Part shown: positions 36,867 through 49,413 of the stretch, one piece after another
Position numbering within the stretch: the stretch's first letter is position 1
Layout of the letters: each line of letters begins with the position of its first letter
Assembly (NCBI GenBank): GCA_036867785.1
Contig: CP145411.1
Span: forward strand, 1,178,001 to 1,242,000
DNA: 64,000 nucleotides
Reading direction: 5' to 3'
DNA from: Plasmodiophora brassicae
Taxonomy: Eukaryota
Translations under genes and position numbers: made by a program
Notes under the pieces: generated by a model
The model's database searches: none
Told to the model about the DNA's origin: nothing
What the model saw: the letters and a program-made list of their open reading frames with translations, nothing else

Positions 36867-37523
36867 TCATGGGTGTATGGTCGTGTCGTCGTCGGTGCTC
36901 AGCAGGGAGGGCGAGTCGGCGAGTCGTGACGCGGCGCCGACTTTGGAGAGCAGGTCCATCTCGCGATCGAGCGCTGACGCCGCGCGGTCGCCGATCCGGA
37001 TCGGGGCGGCCTTCTCCAGCATGATGACGGTGATGACGGCGGCCTCCTCGGACGGGTCGTGCTTCATGATGTGCTTGCGCGCGTTGTACGCCCTGCAGAA
37101 CATCTGGCTGCAGGCCGAGCAGGCGAACGGTTTCTCGCCCGTGTGGCAGCGCTCGTGCCGGTGCAGGGACCCGGCCTCGGCGAACGCCCTGGCGCAGACG
37201 TCGCAAACGTAGGGTCGTTCGCCGGTGTGGATTCGGAGGTGCCGCTTCAGGTCGGACCCCTTGCGGAACGTCTTGTCGCACACGCCACAGGCGAACGGGC
37301 GCCCGTCCCTGTGCGCCATCGTGTGATCCCGCAGGTCCATCATGGTCGGGAACTTGAGGCCGCACCCGGGGAACCGGCAGTGCAGGTGCGACGACGACGA
37401 CGACGAGGCGGACGTTGTGCTGTGATGCTGTGCCGGCAAAGGCGCCGCATCGCCACCGCCCGTCGACGTGGCCAGCGTCAGCAGGGCCGATGATGCCAGG
37501 GATTCGATGTGGGACAGCGACAT
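36867..37523 (-). CDS. C2H2 zinc-finger transcription factor, 4 fingers (paralog A)
   Basis: CxxC...HxxxH fingers with TGERPY and TGEKPF linkers; first in-frame ATG at 37523. Confidence 0.9.
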   Translation of the reverse strand: MSLSHIESLASSALLTLATSTGGGDAAPLPAQHHSTTSASSSSSSHLHCRFPGCGLKFPTMMDLRDHTMAHRDGRPFACGVCDKTFRKGSDLKRHLRIHTGERPYVCDVCARAFAEAGSLHRHERCHTGEKPFACSACSQMFCRAYNARKHIMKHDPSEEAAVITVIMLEKAAPIRIGDRAASALDREMDLLSKVGAASRLADSPSLLSTDDDTTIHP

Positions 37524-38358
37524 GAGTGCCGGGACGGGACGGCGGCGGCGCCGTTGCTGGTGGTGGTGCCCGGTGGGTTCGGGAACGCGCGACGCTTGCC
37601 GTGTGTCGTGCTGGGCGTTCGGCAAGCACAGGTCGGGCAGCGGGCGGCACGCAGCGCCCGTGGGCACACATCACTGGGCACCGGCTGCCCGGCACTCGAG
37701 CAACCTGGGCACTATGCAGGGTAGCCGCTGCTGTATGTACTAGAGGCCCCTGTGCCCACCACCGGCGGCCGCTGTGCAGAGCAGCGCCACCATGTCGGCC
37801 GCATCCAAGCAGCGGCCTCGATGAGCTGCCTGCGTGGCTCTGCTGGACGACTCGTCTCGTTCGACGATGCACGCCTCGTACGTGGCCTGATATGCTCTGG
37901 GAATGCGGTCGCCAGTGAGGTTCTACTGCCAATTACGAGTGGTCCAGGTCATGTGCAGTCGCCAACATCCTTCACGAGGCGACCAATGGACAGGCGTGCA
38001 GAAGACCGAACAAGCTTGTTGACGTTTGTCAACGAGCGTGTTGCGGGTCCAGCGTTCCCCAGGGACCGTCACGCCAAAGACAACCTTGTGTGGGTACACT
38101 CACGCGCAGCGAACGCCTTTGCCGACCCCGCTCATTCTTCTGAGGCGCTCCAATGCCGTCCTGACCACATCGCACTATGCGTTTGCGTTCTGTTGCACAA
38201 AGTGTACACCTGAGCAATGGTGGTCGTTTCTTAATCTAATAAAATCATTGGGTCTAGGAGGTATGCGATAGTTTCACCGCATTCGGGAGACGTCGGTGCA
38301 GGGCGATGAGGGAACAGCGAATTCGGATGACGTCGTTGCAGGGCAATGTGGGAAACCG

Positions 38359-39952
38359 TCATGAGACGGTTACAACGGATTGTCGCGGCGGTTCGACTTT
38401 GAGGGTTCGGGGGGCTTGTGACGTAATCGAGGCGTTAGCAGTTGGCCTTCTAGGCGTTAGCATGATGACACGAAAGATACTGGACATCGATCTGCCAAAG
38501 GCGTACAGCGACCAGGCGAAGGGCCAGCCAGTCGGCGAGTAGAACTGGTCCCCCAGCAACGGGATCAGGGCAAGTGCAACGACGGAGCAGAGCAGGGCAC
38601 CTCCTAGCCCGATCGCACAGTGCGACAGCCGGGCCAGGACGGCGTCGAGTGCCGCCCTGGAGTTCGACGTCGACCCGCGTACCTTCGACCTGATACCGGA
38701 CGCCTTGATCTTGAACAGTACGGCGCTCCTGACTAGGATGATCCCGTACACCAGCTCGGTGATGGCGAAGCATGCCCCGTTGATCGTATCGAACCCTGGG
38801 TATTTCAGGTCGAAGTGTGTCGTGTAGAGAACGCTAACGGAAGTGTCCAGGGTGAGCAGGGCGACGCAGAGGACGACCGTGAACGCGGGACGATCGCCAC
38901 GAAGTAGCCTGGTGACCTTGGACCAGTTCGCCGACGGGTCGATCGCATCGAGCTGGCGGAGCCACATGGCAGATGACAGGCAGGTGACGGCGAACCCGGC
39001 ACCCGACAGGTTCGTCACGAAGAAATCGATAGCGGGCCCCGGTAGGTTCGAGGTCGAATACCACCCACCGACAGCGTAGACGATGGCCAGCGTGGCCGAT
39101 ACGACGGCATCCAGGGCCAGCGCGGCGTGCTGGTACCCTATGCGTCGCCAGAGAGCGCCGGTGAACCTGAAACCGTGCAGCCTAGCCACGTCGGGGTCCT
39201 GCATCTTGATTCGAACGTGCTGGAAGAGGTGCCACGCTGCCAGGCAGGCTGCGACCGTGAAGGTCGCCGCTGGCACCCATCGCAGCGCGACTTGGTACAC
39301 CCATGATGTGTACAAGGCGCCCCAGACGTTCACGTCCGGGCTAGCGGACACGCTGATGTTCGATAGGCGCCCGACCGCGCTGTCGTCGAGACGAACGTAC
39401 AGGTACGGCATCGTGTGAGGGCGGCGCATCAGCAGGCCGTCTGGGTCATCTCGGAAGTTCATGGCCAGGCTGGGGGTCTCGGTGCGGGTGACCTCTACAA
39501 GCCGTCAGGTCAGTCGACAGCGTCGGACGCGGTCAACTCGCGTTTCGGCTACCGATGATGGCAGCGGCGTGCTTGTCGTTGAAGTTCCAGTACTGCGTTT
39601 CAAACGAGCACGCGCTCGCATAGAAAAGGACAACACGCCCGGACACCACCGAGGAATCGACGGCGGCAGGCTGGCAGGCATCCCCAAGGAATACCAGCGC
39701 CGGACCACGAACGGTGACGTTAGTCGGTGGCTGAGGGCCAATGAACCGGGTCCTGGGGCAACTGTACAGCGACTGGCCCGCCAGTGGCCCCTCAAGAACC
39801 GTCAGTCCGGCCAAGGCAGTATGGTGCACCAAGCAAGCTGGGCAGGTGTCACTTCAGAGGTCGCCATACCGTTCATGTAGTCACGACAAACACGAACCGA
39901 TTGCCAGGACGCTTAGACATCGTCCGCCCTCCCGAGGTGCATGGCCAGGCAT
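38359..39952 (-). CDS. Signal peptide + PA-like ectodomain + 7TM receptor-like protein (paralog B), 2 introns
   Basis: Spliced signal MPGHAPREGGRCLSVLAI|ACLVHHTALAG; GPL.G.S.YS, F.GPQ, GDACQ...SGRVV...CSFE; PDVNVWGALYTSWVYQ, AVGGWYSTSNLP and seven TM segments, all aligning with 15618-17172. Confidence 0.75.
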
Positions 39953-40533
39953 CACCAAACGACGCGACTGGAACGCGAACATAACCATGTCGGTAATAGT
40001 AAAGTACGCATCGCGTGATCGATCTGTTATCTATACCGCAGGCGCGTCCTATGCTAGCAGGGACGTCTGCGAATGGTCAGTGTTGGCCGCCACCTCACGT
40101 TGGCATGGCCGTCGGGTGTCCAAGGGGGTTAATCAACCATTGCATGTGATCGGTTCTCAACGACGCCGTTTCAAGCGGACGAGATAGCAGTACTGAACGC
40201 GGCGCGACCTGACTGCCCTGATGTGACCAATAGTTGCCTCTTTATTGTGTCCAGGCCACCACAATTTTCTGTTAGAGCTATCAACGTCGACTGAGTGAAT
40301 ACCTTGGCGCTATGGCGACTGCGCGCGTTGCTGTGGCCCCTCCACGTCGTCGTTACAGGGCGTTCCGATGCGTTTGCCAGGTGGAGAGACGTCGGTGGCG
40401 CCCAGTGCTCGGCGAACGTCAACGCTTGACGTTCATTGGTGGCATCGTCAGCGTACGAGCGCAGCCCCCTGGCCCTGGATGAATGGATTGCGGATCCAGC
40501 AGTCGTTCGTACTGCCCGTCACGTCGGCCGCTG

Positions 40534-43500
40534 ATGTCGTTGTACCTCGAGTGCCGCGTTGAGTCGCTGTCGGATTGCTCGGCGCCGCACCAGGACACGC
40601 GATGGAGCGCCCCCGGCGACCGACGCGCCCTGGCCGTCCTGCGGTCGCACGGAGAAGTCGCCATTGTGGACGACGAGGTATCGGAATGCCTAGCCGCCCA
40701 GCGCCTGTTGACGACGGTACTCAGGGCAACTCGTTCGGTACGCACCCGTCGATTGTGCCCGATGACAGCGATGCGTGCCGCATTGCCTGGCACCCAGCGC
40801 AGCCGGTACTCGCCATCGGATGGAACAATGGTGCGACGCCGAGCCCGCCGCCCGTTGTGTCGGCGACGGGACGCTGACCACGATGCGGTGGTGGTGGTGC
40901 AGGTGCGCTGTCGCTCTGGACCGAGCAGTCTCAGGGGCACGGTGACCTGCTGAAAGCGTTCCACCATACGCCCATCACGCTGCTGGCCTGGGCGCCGCGT
41001 GGCGACCGCCTGGTCAGCGCCGAGACGAGCGGGGCCGTCTCCGTGCACGCGTACCACGACGGGGCCCTGCGCCACGTCAGCGCGTACGCCGCCGATTCGC
41101 CCGTGACGCATGGCGCGTTCCTGCCGGCGCGTTCCGAGTCGACCACCTTCCTGCTGGGCACCGGCGCCGGGTCCCTGTACGTCGCCGACGACACGGGCGC
41201 CTTCGCGCGCATCGGCTCCATCGGCAGCGCCGTCAGCTCCGTGTTCGTCGCGCCCGTCGACCAGTACGTCGTCGTCGTGTCCGTCCAGGCCGTCATGTTC
41301 GTCTATCAGGTACGGCGGGCCGGCGGGCGCGTGCGCACCGGCAGGGCGGTGGCGTGAACGCGACGTGCGAACAGGTGGGCGCCGACGGGAAGCTGTCGCA
41401 GAGGAAGAAGGTGAAACTGTCGGTGCGGGGCGACGGTGCCGACCTCCGCTGCACCTGGGACGGGTACGGCCTGGTGATCGGCGCCAACAACGAGGCCAAC
41501 GTCCGCCTCTGGTCGATCGTCACCGACGAAAGCTACGTCCTGCCGCTATCCGGTCATTGCCGTCGTCGTCGTCTGGTGCCTCCCCCTCGTTCGTGACTGG
41601 CATTGCGCGCAGACCCTCGCCACATGGCACGTGGCGACGATACGGTCGTGGCGGTGGCGTTCAGCAACGCCGGCCGCGTCCTGGTCGGTGGCACCTCCAT
41701 GGGCCGCGTGGTCATGTGGCGTTACTGTCGTCGGAAGCCGTCGTCGGAGGGGTCCCGGTCGGAATCCGACTGGACCGTGCTGCCGCCGGTGAACGCCGGC
41801 CTGGACTGCCCGGTCGTCTCCATCAGCGCCGGCACGACGCCCGGCCTGTTCGCCATCGTCTATCGCACCGGCATCAGCATCCTGACCGACACCGTCCTGC
41901 ACTGTCGCCGCGCGTTCGCCCTGACGGTCACGCAGGTGGCCGCCGACAAGCTCATCGTGCAGTCGGCGAACGGGCGCGCTCGACGCCTAACGTCGAGCAT
42001 CCGCGTCAAAGGTCGGGCGAATGCTGCGAATCGACGCGTGCGCGCGTGTGTGTGATGGGCGCTCAGGGGTGGCGGTCGGCGACGGCGTCGTCGTCGTCTG
42101 GAACGGGTCGAAGGTCGAGGTCAACGAGGTCGGCGAGCAGATCAAGTTCGCCGGGGCGTTCAGCTGCCGCGCCCGCGACGCCGCCGTCCAGGCGCAGACG
42201 ATCTTCGTCGCCGTCGACTGCCGCATCGACGCCTGCAACCTGCAGGGCACCGTCAAGAAGGCGTTCTCCTTCTCGGAATCGGAAGGTGCGTGCGCGCGCG
42301 CGCACCCGCACCCGCACCCGCCTGACGGATACGCAGGCAACCCGATCGTGGTCGACGTCGCCGGCGACTACCTGGCGGCTGCGTCCGACCGAGGGACGCT
42401 GAAGATGTGGGAGGTCGGGCGTCGCGAGCCACGCGCCGTGGTTCCCGGGCGCCAGCTGCCCGGGTCGGTCGGGTCGGTGACGCGGTGCCGCGTGAATCGC
42501 ACGGGCACGCACATCGCCATCCTGAGCGCGTCCACGGCCGACCCTGCGGTGGGGCCTCGGCCCGACAGCAGGCTCGTCGTGTACGACGTTGACCTGGACC
42601 GGTTCGACGAGTACGATTTCGCTGTCAAAGGCGCCCTGCCGTCGTCGTTGCTCTGGGACGACTACGACCCGCGCCTCCTCGTTGTCGTGGTGCACCCGGA
42701 CGCGCCGGCCAGCGGCGGCGAACGCGAAGGCGCGACGGGCGGGGCGCTCGTCTACACGCTGTTCGTCACGACGGAACATGGCATCCGTTTCCAGGATCGG
42801 TTCCCGATCGGCGACGACGTCCTGATTGGCAGCGAGACGCCCTTCACGTACTACATTCAGGGGCAGACCAACGCGTACCGACGTGCCTCGCCGCCGCGTC
42901 GTCTGCTGGGATCTGACTGACCGGGACGCGGCAGGCCGGGCGGCGCGGCCGGCATGCCCAGGATCGAGAAGCGCGTCATGAGGGATTTCGTCGGCCTGGA
43001 GACCGTCGACGAGGCCACGCGCCGCGACCTGGTCCAGTTCAGTTTCCAGATGGCCATCGGCAACATGGACGAGGTGCGTTTGCGGTTGAGCGCACGCCCC
43101 CCGCCTGGATGCGGGCCTGACGCGCGCGCGCTCTGCGTTTCGGCAGGCGTACAGCGTCGTGCAGAACATCGAGAGCCCGTCGATCTGGCGCAACATGGCC
43201 AAGATGTGTGTCATCACGCGCCGCCTCGACGTGGCCAGCATCTGCCTGGGCAACATGGGGTTCGCCGTCGGCGCCAAGGCGCTGCGGGAAGCGACGGCCA
43301 GGTACCCGGAGGCACAGGTCCGGTCCCCAGCGAACCGTCGCCTGTTTCACCTGTAACGAGACGACGTTGTGCAGGCCCGGCTGGCGTCCATGGCCATTGA
43401 ACTGGGCATGACCGACGAGGTACGCGACGCCACGTGGCGTACACACACACACACGCGCGTCCAGGGGGTTGATCTGGGACCGTGTCGACGACAGGCCGAG

Positions 43501-45748
43501 GCGCTGTACCGCGAGTGTGGGCGCTACGACCTGCTCGTGGCCCTGCAGCAGGCGGCCGGCCGATGGGATGCGGCGCTGGCGACCTGTGAGGCCCACTACC
43601 GGATCCACCTGAAACCGCTCAAGTTGGTTGCGCCCCACTCGCACGTGGCGTGCGCCGCCCTGATGCGCGCTCGCCGCCCCCGCCCTGCATAGGTACGCCC
43701 ACGCCAAGTACCTGGAGAACCGGGGCCAGATCGCCAAGGCGATCGCCGAGTACGAGGCGTGCGACGCGCACCGCCTGGAGGTGCCGCGCATGCTGCTGGC
43801 GGCCGGGCTGGTCACCGACCTGGAGAAGTACATCGACAAGGCCAACGACCCGACGCTGCTGGTCTGGCTCGGGCAGTACAACGAAGGGCGCCGCATGTTC
43901 GACGCCGCTCTGGCGTACTACAGCCGAGCCGGCGACCACGTGTCGTGCGTTCGCATGCACTGCCTGCAGGTGCGCCCCTGCGCTGTCGCCCCTGCCGAAC
44001 GTCAACGCTGACGATGGTCGGCCTGCAGGGCAACCTGGAGAGGGCGCGCGCGATCTGCAACGAGACCGACGACCTTGCGGCCTGCTATCATCTGGGGAGG
44101 CACCTCGAGCAGGACGGCATGTTTGGCGAGGCGGTTATGATGTTCACGCGCGCCAAGCGGTACAACCATGCCCTGCGGCTCGCCAAGGAGCAGGCGCAGG
44201 TCAAGGTTGGTCGAACGCGGGGAGCGTCCTCGTGTGTGTGTGCGCGCGTACCGATCGCTGATGTTGGTGCTGCTGCGGCGGGGGGCAGGAGGTGTATTCG
44301 TTGGCGATGCAGAGCCCAGCGGACCTGCAGATCGAAGCCGCCGAGTACCTCGAGTCGCAGGGCGTCTACGACAAGGCGATCCTGCTATACCAGAAGGGGG
44401 GCAACCAGGCCCGCGCTCTCAACCTGTGCTTCAAGGTTAGTCGTCACGGTTTGCTGATCTTGCGCCCGGTGACTGAAATGGGGGCGGCACGGCGCGGCAC
44501 ACACACAGACGAACCAGTTCGACTGCCTGAGCGCGCTGACAGCCGACATGGGCCCGTCGACGCCTCCCGACCTGATCGCCAGGTGCGCGTCGTTCTTCCT
44601 CAGCAACCAGCAGTACGAGAAGGCGGCCCAGCTCTACATCACGGGCCGACGGTACGCGGACGCCCTCGCCGTCTGTATCGACCATCGCCTGGCCATCTCG
44701 GATGAAATGGCCGAAGCGCTGACGCCCCCGAAAGCGTCGTCGACCGCCGCCGCCGCCGCTGACGACAACGACGACGACGCGGCGGCGGCCGGCAACGACA
44801 CCGCGGGTGTATCCCGGACGTCGCTGCTTCGGAAGCTGGGCAAGTACCTGGCCTCGACGGGCTCCTTCCACATGGCGACGAAGAAGTTCACACAGGTACG
44901 TGCAGGGTCGCGCGTTGTGGTGCGCGTTGTTGACGGGCGGCGGCGCGCGTCCACGCAGGCGGGCGACAAGCTGTCGGCGATGAAGTGCCTGATCAAGTCG
45001 AACGACACGTCCAAGATCATCTACTATGCGACGATGACGAAGCGGCGGGAGATCTACATGCTGGCCGCCAACTACCTGCAGAACGTCGACTGGCACGCCG
45101 ACCCGGAGATCACCAAGACCATCATCGCGTTCTACACGAAGGCGAACGCGTTCGACTCGCTGGCCACCTTCTACGACTCGTGCGCCCAGGTCGAAATCGA
45201 CGACTACCGCGACTACGAGAAGGTACGGGGGTCGGCGAGGGCCGGCGACGACCATCGTGTCGTAACTCGTCGCGTCAGGCGCTGTCGGCGCTGCACGAGT
45301 GCCTGGCCTGCCTGCAGAGGTGCGCCGGCGATACCGGCGACGTGCAGAGGCGGGTGCACCTCGTGCAGCTGTTCGTCCAAGCCAGGTCGCTCATGGGCCA
45401 GGGGCAGCAAGCGGACGCCCTCCAGCTGTGCCAGGGCCTGCTCCAGCAGGACGACATCGAGGTAGGCACCCGTCGTGCTCGTTCACCGGGGCCGGCGTCG
45501 TCGCTGATCCGGATCGGGCGGCGCAGGACGGCGTACGCGAGGGCGACGTGTTCGCGCTGATGATCGAGTACCTGTACGGGGCGGGCGACCCGGCGCAGGC
45601 GTCCGCCCTGCTGCAACGCATGCTGCAGAGGAAGCTGGACCCGCGCCCCTACATCAAACCGGACACGCTCAAGGGCATCGGGTTCGACAACGACGCCGAG
45701 CCGGCCGCCGCCGACGACAGCGACCTCGGCGAGGAGGTCGGCGACTAA
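40534..45748 (+). CDS. IFT140: Intraflagellar transport protein 140 (WD40 + TPR), many introns
   Basis: AWHPAQPVLAIGW, MRDFVGLE, IWRNMAKMCVITRRLDVASICLGNM, RIHLK, EVPRML, AACYHLGR, ATKKFTQAGDKLSAMKCLIKSNDT, AANYLQ, FYDSCAQVEIDDYRDYEKAL. Confidence 0.96.
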
Positions 45749-45948
45749 CGACGACCGGGGGCACCGTATGCAGCAATACATTGCCGGGTTCGCAACGACC
45801 ACGTCGCGCCGGGCCCGGGCGGAACCTTCCTGGGCAGGTCGTCGTCGTACACGACGCGTGAGTCACGTGCCGAGACATGGGCATCCGACGGGTCGGCACG
45901 TAGCCCCATCGTGCCCAAATGTCCAATCCCATGCCGTTAGACACGCTC

Positions 45949-48324
45949 ATGAGGCGACGCACCATACCACTGCTGCTGCTGGTGTCGCTGGTGGTGACAA
46001 TGGCCGGCGGCGTCACGGGCGCCTGGAACGGGACCGGGCCGCCCGAGTCGCTGTCCGCCTTCACGAAGCGCGTCGCCGAGTTTCGCGACCAGGCGGCGTC
46101 GCTGCGCGCCTGGGTCATCGGGCACCCGCCCGGCGCGCGCCAGGCGAACCGCACCGACGTCGGCGCGTTCCTGCGCGATGTACGCACGCGGCACGACCAC
46201 GAGATGGGCGTGCAGCGCGCCGCCGACCTGCACGAGGCCAACAACATGGATGTCCCCGAATGGTTCCGTCGTGCCCGCTCGGCCGTCGCACGTCGCGCCG
46301 CCGACGCCGCCTCGCGCGGCACCGACTACGTCATCAACGGCGGGATTCGCGCGCTGAACGTCCTGACCGGGCTGAACGTGTCGCGCGTCGTACCCAAGGG
46401 CGTGGAGCGTGCCCTGGAGAACACGATCGTCTCGGTGGTCACCCGTCAGGACATGAAGGCGGTGGAGGCGGCCGGCCACGTCGGCCCCGTCCGCACGTGC
46501 CACGGGTCGCGTCTCTGCTCCTGGATGGTGAAGCGCCTGTCGCACCGGGGCGCCATCGCCCTGTACGCGTCGCCGGAGCGCGCCTCCGCCTTCGTCACGC
46601 TCAGCAACTTCACGCTGTGGGAGGGGCGCCGCGCCCCCCGGCTGATCCTGGCGCAGCTGGGCGTCGCCACGACCATCTGGATGGGCGTGCCGACCAGCGC
46701 CGTCGTCGAGGTCGGCGGCCTGATCCGCACGCCGAACCCGTACCCGGCGTTCGGCCATGGGTCCGACTTCCACTTTGGCGCCTACCTCGACTTTGGCGTG
46801 TACCCGGCGCCCGACATCACCGTGACGCTCGTCGGGCGCGGCCGGTGGCTGGCGCCGTTCGGCCTCAGGTTCCTGCACGTCGAGGACGTCCAGGGGTCCG
46901 TCACCGTCACGTACGCGGGCGTCCCCGGCGGGTTCTCGTTCGGCGCGCGCCTCTGGATCGGCCACCGGGACGCCCGGGGCGACCTGTCGCCCGAGACGGC
47001 CATCGAGGTGTCCGCCTACGCCGGCATGTCGACCAGCCTGGCCACGCCGCTCTGGTTCATTGGCAGCGTCAGCGACGTGTCGCTGCTGCGCCTGTGGCAG
47101 GTCCTGACAAAGCGGAACGCGACCGCCGACGCCATGGCGCTGCCGCCCTGGATCACGGCGCCCGGCAGGACGGGCCTGTCCGACGTTGTCGTGTCGTTCT
47201 CGCCGAGCGAGGGCGGGTCGATGTTCAAGACGATCCCGGGCGGGTTCCGCCTCGAGGCCACCGTCCGGTTCCTGGGCGTCCAGGCGATGGCGACGATCGC
47301 CGTGGAGACTATGTGGGGCATGCCGACCCGCCTGCTGCTCGACCTGGACCTGTCGGCGACGCCGCAGCGCCTGGGGCCCTTCCTCTCGATCTGCAGGTCG
47401 AGGGAGCAGGCGCACCTGGGCCCGAAGGTCTATGCCGAGGTCTGGGTCCTGCACCTGTCGGCCAGCGCCTACATCGAGGGCTACGTCTCCGTCCTCGGCA
47501 TCAGCGCGCACGTCGTCATCGCCGTCAACAACCGCATGGCCGTCTTCCACCTGGACGGGTCGCTTTTCGGCCTCGTCAACGCCAAGCTGGCCGTCGAGGC
47601 CACCGACATCCGCTCGCTGTCCAAGGCGAACTTCCTGGCCCGGGCCGACATCTCCATCGGGTACTTTGAGCGCGCCTTCCGCGACCGATTGGCGAAACTC
47701 GTGCAGCCGCTGCGACGCGCCGGCAAGGCCCTGGCCGACCTGTTCCTGCGGCGGCGCCGCTGCTCGAAGCAGGCGCAGGTCTGCCAGATCGTGTCGAAGG
47801 ACGAGGCCGACACGCTGGGCAAGGACGAGATCCGGGCGCTGCTGGCCAGCGATCCTGACGCGGACGACCTGGGGAAGGACCTGGCCAGCAACGGGGACCT
47901 GGCCAAGGGCCTGGCGCTCGAGGGCGAACAGTACCTGACGCTGGCGTCGATCATGGCCAAGTTCGAGATCGGGGCGCACCACGGCATCGAATTCGAGGCC
48001 GAGGTCACCCTGTACCGGGGCAGGAACCGGGAACCGTTCCGCCTCGACGTCGTCGTCAACCTGGGCGATATCGTGCGCACCGTCAAGAACATCATCAAGG
48101 CGGCGTGCCGATGGGTCGGGCGCAAGGTCGCCCAGGGCCGGCAATGGATCGCCGACAAGCTGTCACCGGCGCCCAGCAGGAAGCCGTCCATGTTCTCCTG
48201 GCCCTTCTCCAAGCGCAAGGACGGATGGCAGCGCCTACCTGACGACGACGACGACGACGGCAGTGACGGTGGTCGCGGAGGCGTCGTCAAGATCGACAAG
48301 CAAGGCCGGTTCAAGGCACCGTGA
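45949..48324 (+). CDS. Secreted, beta-strand-rich hypothetical protein of about 790 aa, intronless
   Basis: 801-codon ORF with strong GC3 bias; signal MRRRTIPLLLLVSLVVTMAGG; long alternating hydrophobic/polar strand patterns. Start could be 45919, 45931 or 45949. Confidence 0.85.
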   Translation: MRRRTIPLLLLVSLVVTMAGGVTGAWNGTGPPESLSAFTKRVAEFRDQAASLRAWVIGHPPGARQANRTDVGAFLRDVRTRHDHEMGVQRAADLHEANNMDVPEWFRRARSAVARRAADAASRGTDYVINGGIRALNVLTGLNVSRVVPKGVERALENTIVSVVTRQDMKAVEAAGHVGPVRTCHGSRLCSWMVKRLSHRGAIALYASPERASAFVTLSNFTLWEGRRAPRLILAQLGVATTIWMGVPTSAVVEVGGLIRTPNPYPAFGHGSDFHFGAYLDFGVYPAPDITVTLVGRGRWLAPFGLRFLHVEDVQGSVTVTYAGVPGGFSFGARLWIGHRDARGDLSPETAIEVSAYAGMSTSLATPLWFIGSVSDVSLLRLWQVLTKRNATADAMALPPWITAPGRTGLSDVVVSFSPSEGGSMFKTIPGGFRLEATVRFLGVQAMATIAVETMWGMPTRLLLDLDLSATPQRLGPFLSICRSREQAHLGPKVYAEVWVLHLSASAYIEGYVSVLGISAHVVIAVNNRMAVFHLDGSLFGLVNAKLAVEATDIRSLSKANFLARADISIGYFERAFRDRLAKLVQPLRRAGKALADLFLRRRRCSKQAQVCQIVSKDEADTLGKDEIRALLASDPDADDLGKDLASNGDLAKGLALEGEQYLTLASIMAKFEIGAHHGIEFEAEVTLYRGRNREPFRLDVVVNLGDIVRTVKNIIKAACRWVGRKVAQGRQWIADKLSPAPSRKPSMFSWPFSKRKDGWQRLPDDDDDDGSDGGRGGVVKIDKQGRFKAP

Positions 48325-48484
48325 AGAACCACCCCCCAGATCTACATACAATCAATTCGAAATCCGAACCGGCAAACGGGGCCCGGTCCTCATCGGAAGT
48401 GCCAATACGGTTATTATATATAGTATACGTATGGTTGGAACGACGACGGCGGTCGTTGGTCCGCCTGCCCTCGCTGTCGCCCAT

Positions 48485-49413
48485 TCACGGGTGCATGATC
48501 GAGTCGAGGACACTGGAACCCGTCGACAGGCACGACGCTCTTGCCGCGGACAGGAGGTGGCGTGAGTCGACGACGTCATCGGCACCGCGCCCGCCGCTAC
48601 TGCTGCTGCTGTTGCTCGTGTGGGCGCCAGGCGAGCCCCTGGACTGATGCGGCGCGCCCGTTGATATTGTCAGCGCCTGGATCGGCTGCATGCCGTTCAT
48701 GGCCCCGGGCAGACGAGTCGGCGCGACGACGCTGGCCGTCGTAATGACGTGCGGTTGCTGCGCCGGTGCACCCTGCTGGGCGACGACAACTTGCGTCGGC
48801 TGCCTCCGGGACGCCTTCGGCAGCTTGGTGACGATGACGGAGGCGGGGTCGGTGGTCCCGTGCACCTTGGTGTGCTTCTTGGCATTGTACGACCGAACGA
48901 ACTGTTTGTTGCAGATCGAGCAGCTGTACGGGCGCTCGCCCGTGTGCATTCGCGAATGCCGTTGCAACGACCCGCCTTCCGCGAAGCACCGCCCGCAGAC
49001 CTGGCAGACGTACGGCTTCTCGCCCGAGTGGATCCGGTCGTGACGCTTCAGATCGCTCGCCTAGCACACTGCGGTCAGGTGGGCGAACGCAGGGCGACTG
49101 GAGCGAATCTAGGTACCTTCAGGAAACACTTCGAGCACGTCCGACAGGGAAACGGGCGCTGGCCCAGATGGCATTTCTGGTGACGCTTCAGGTCGCTGCT
49201 CTTCGGGAACGTTTTGTTACACGTCGGGCACGCGTGCCTGACAGGCGCGTCGTCAACCGGGAACGCTAGCGTCGGCGCAGAGCCCTGGGCGTTGAGATCG
49301 ATCGAGCTGTCGGGCAGGACAATATGGGACGAGGTTAATGACAGGTCCAGATGGCCGACGGCGTCGTCATCGGTGGGCCGTGGCGAGGCGGCGCCATAAT
49401 GGATGGTTTCCAT
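48485..49413 (-). CDS. C2H2 zinc-finger transcription factor, 4 fingers (paralog B), one intron
   Basis: [78 protein letters not shown]. Confidence 0.9.

Noticed and set aside
45768-48144. 633-aa (+) and 735-aa (-) ORFs overlapping the secreted protein
   Set aside because: Alternative-frame and antisense shadows caused by high GC; codon bias supports the 45919-48324 frame.
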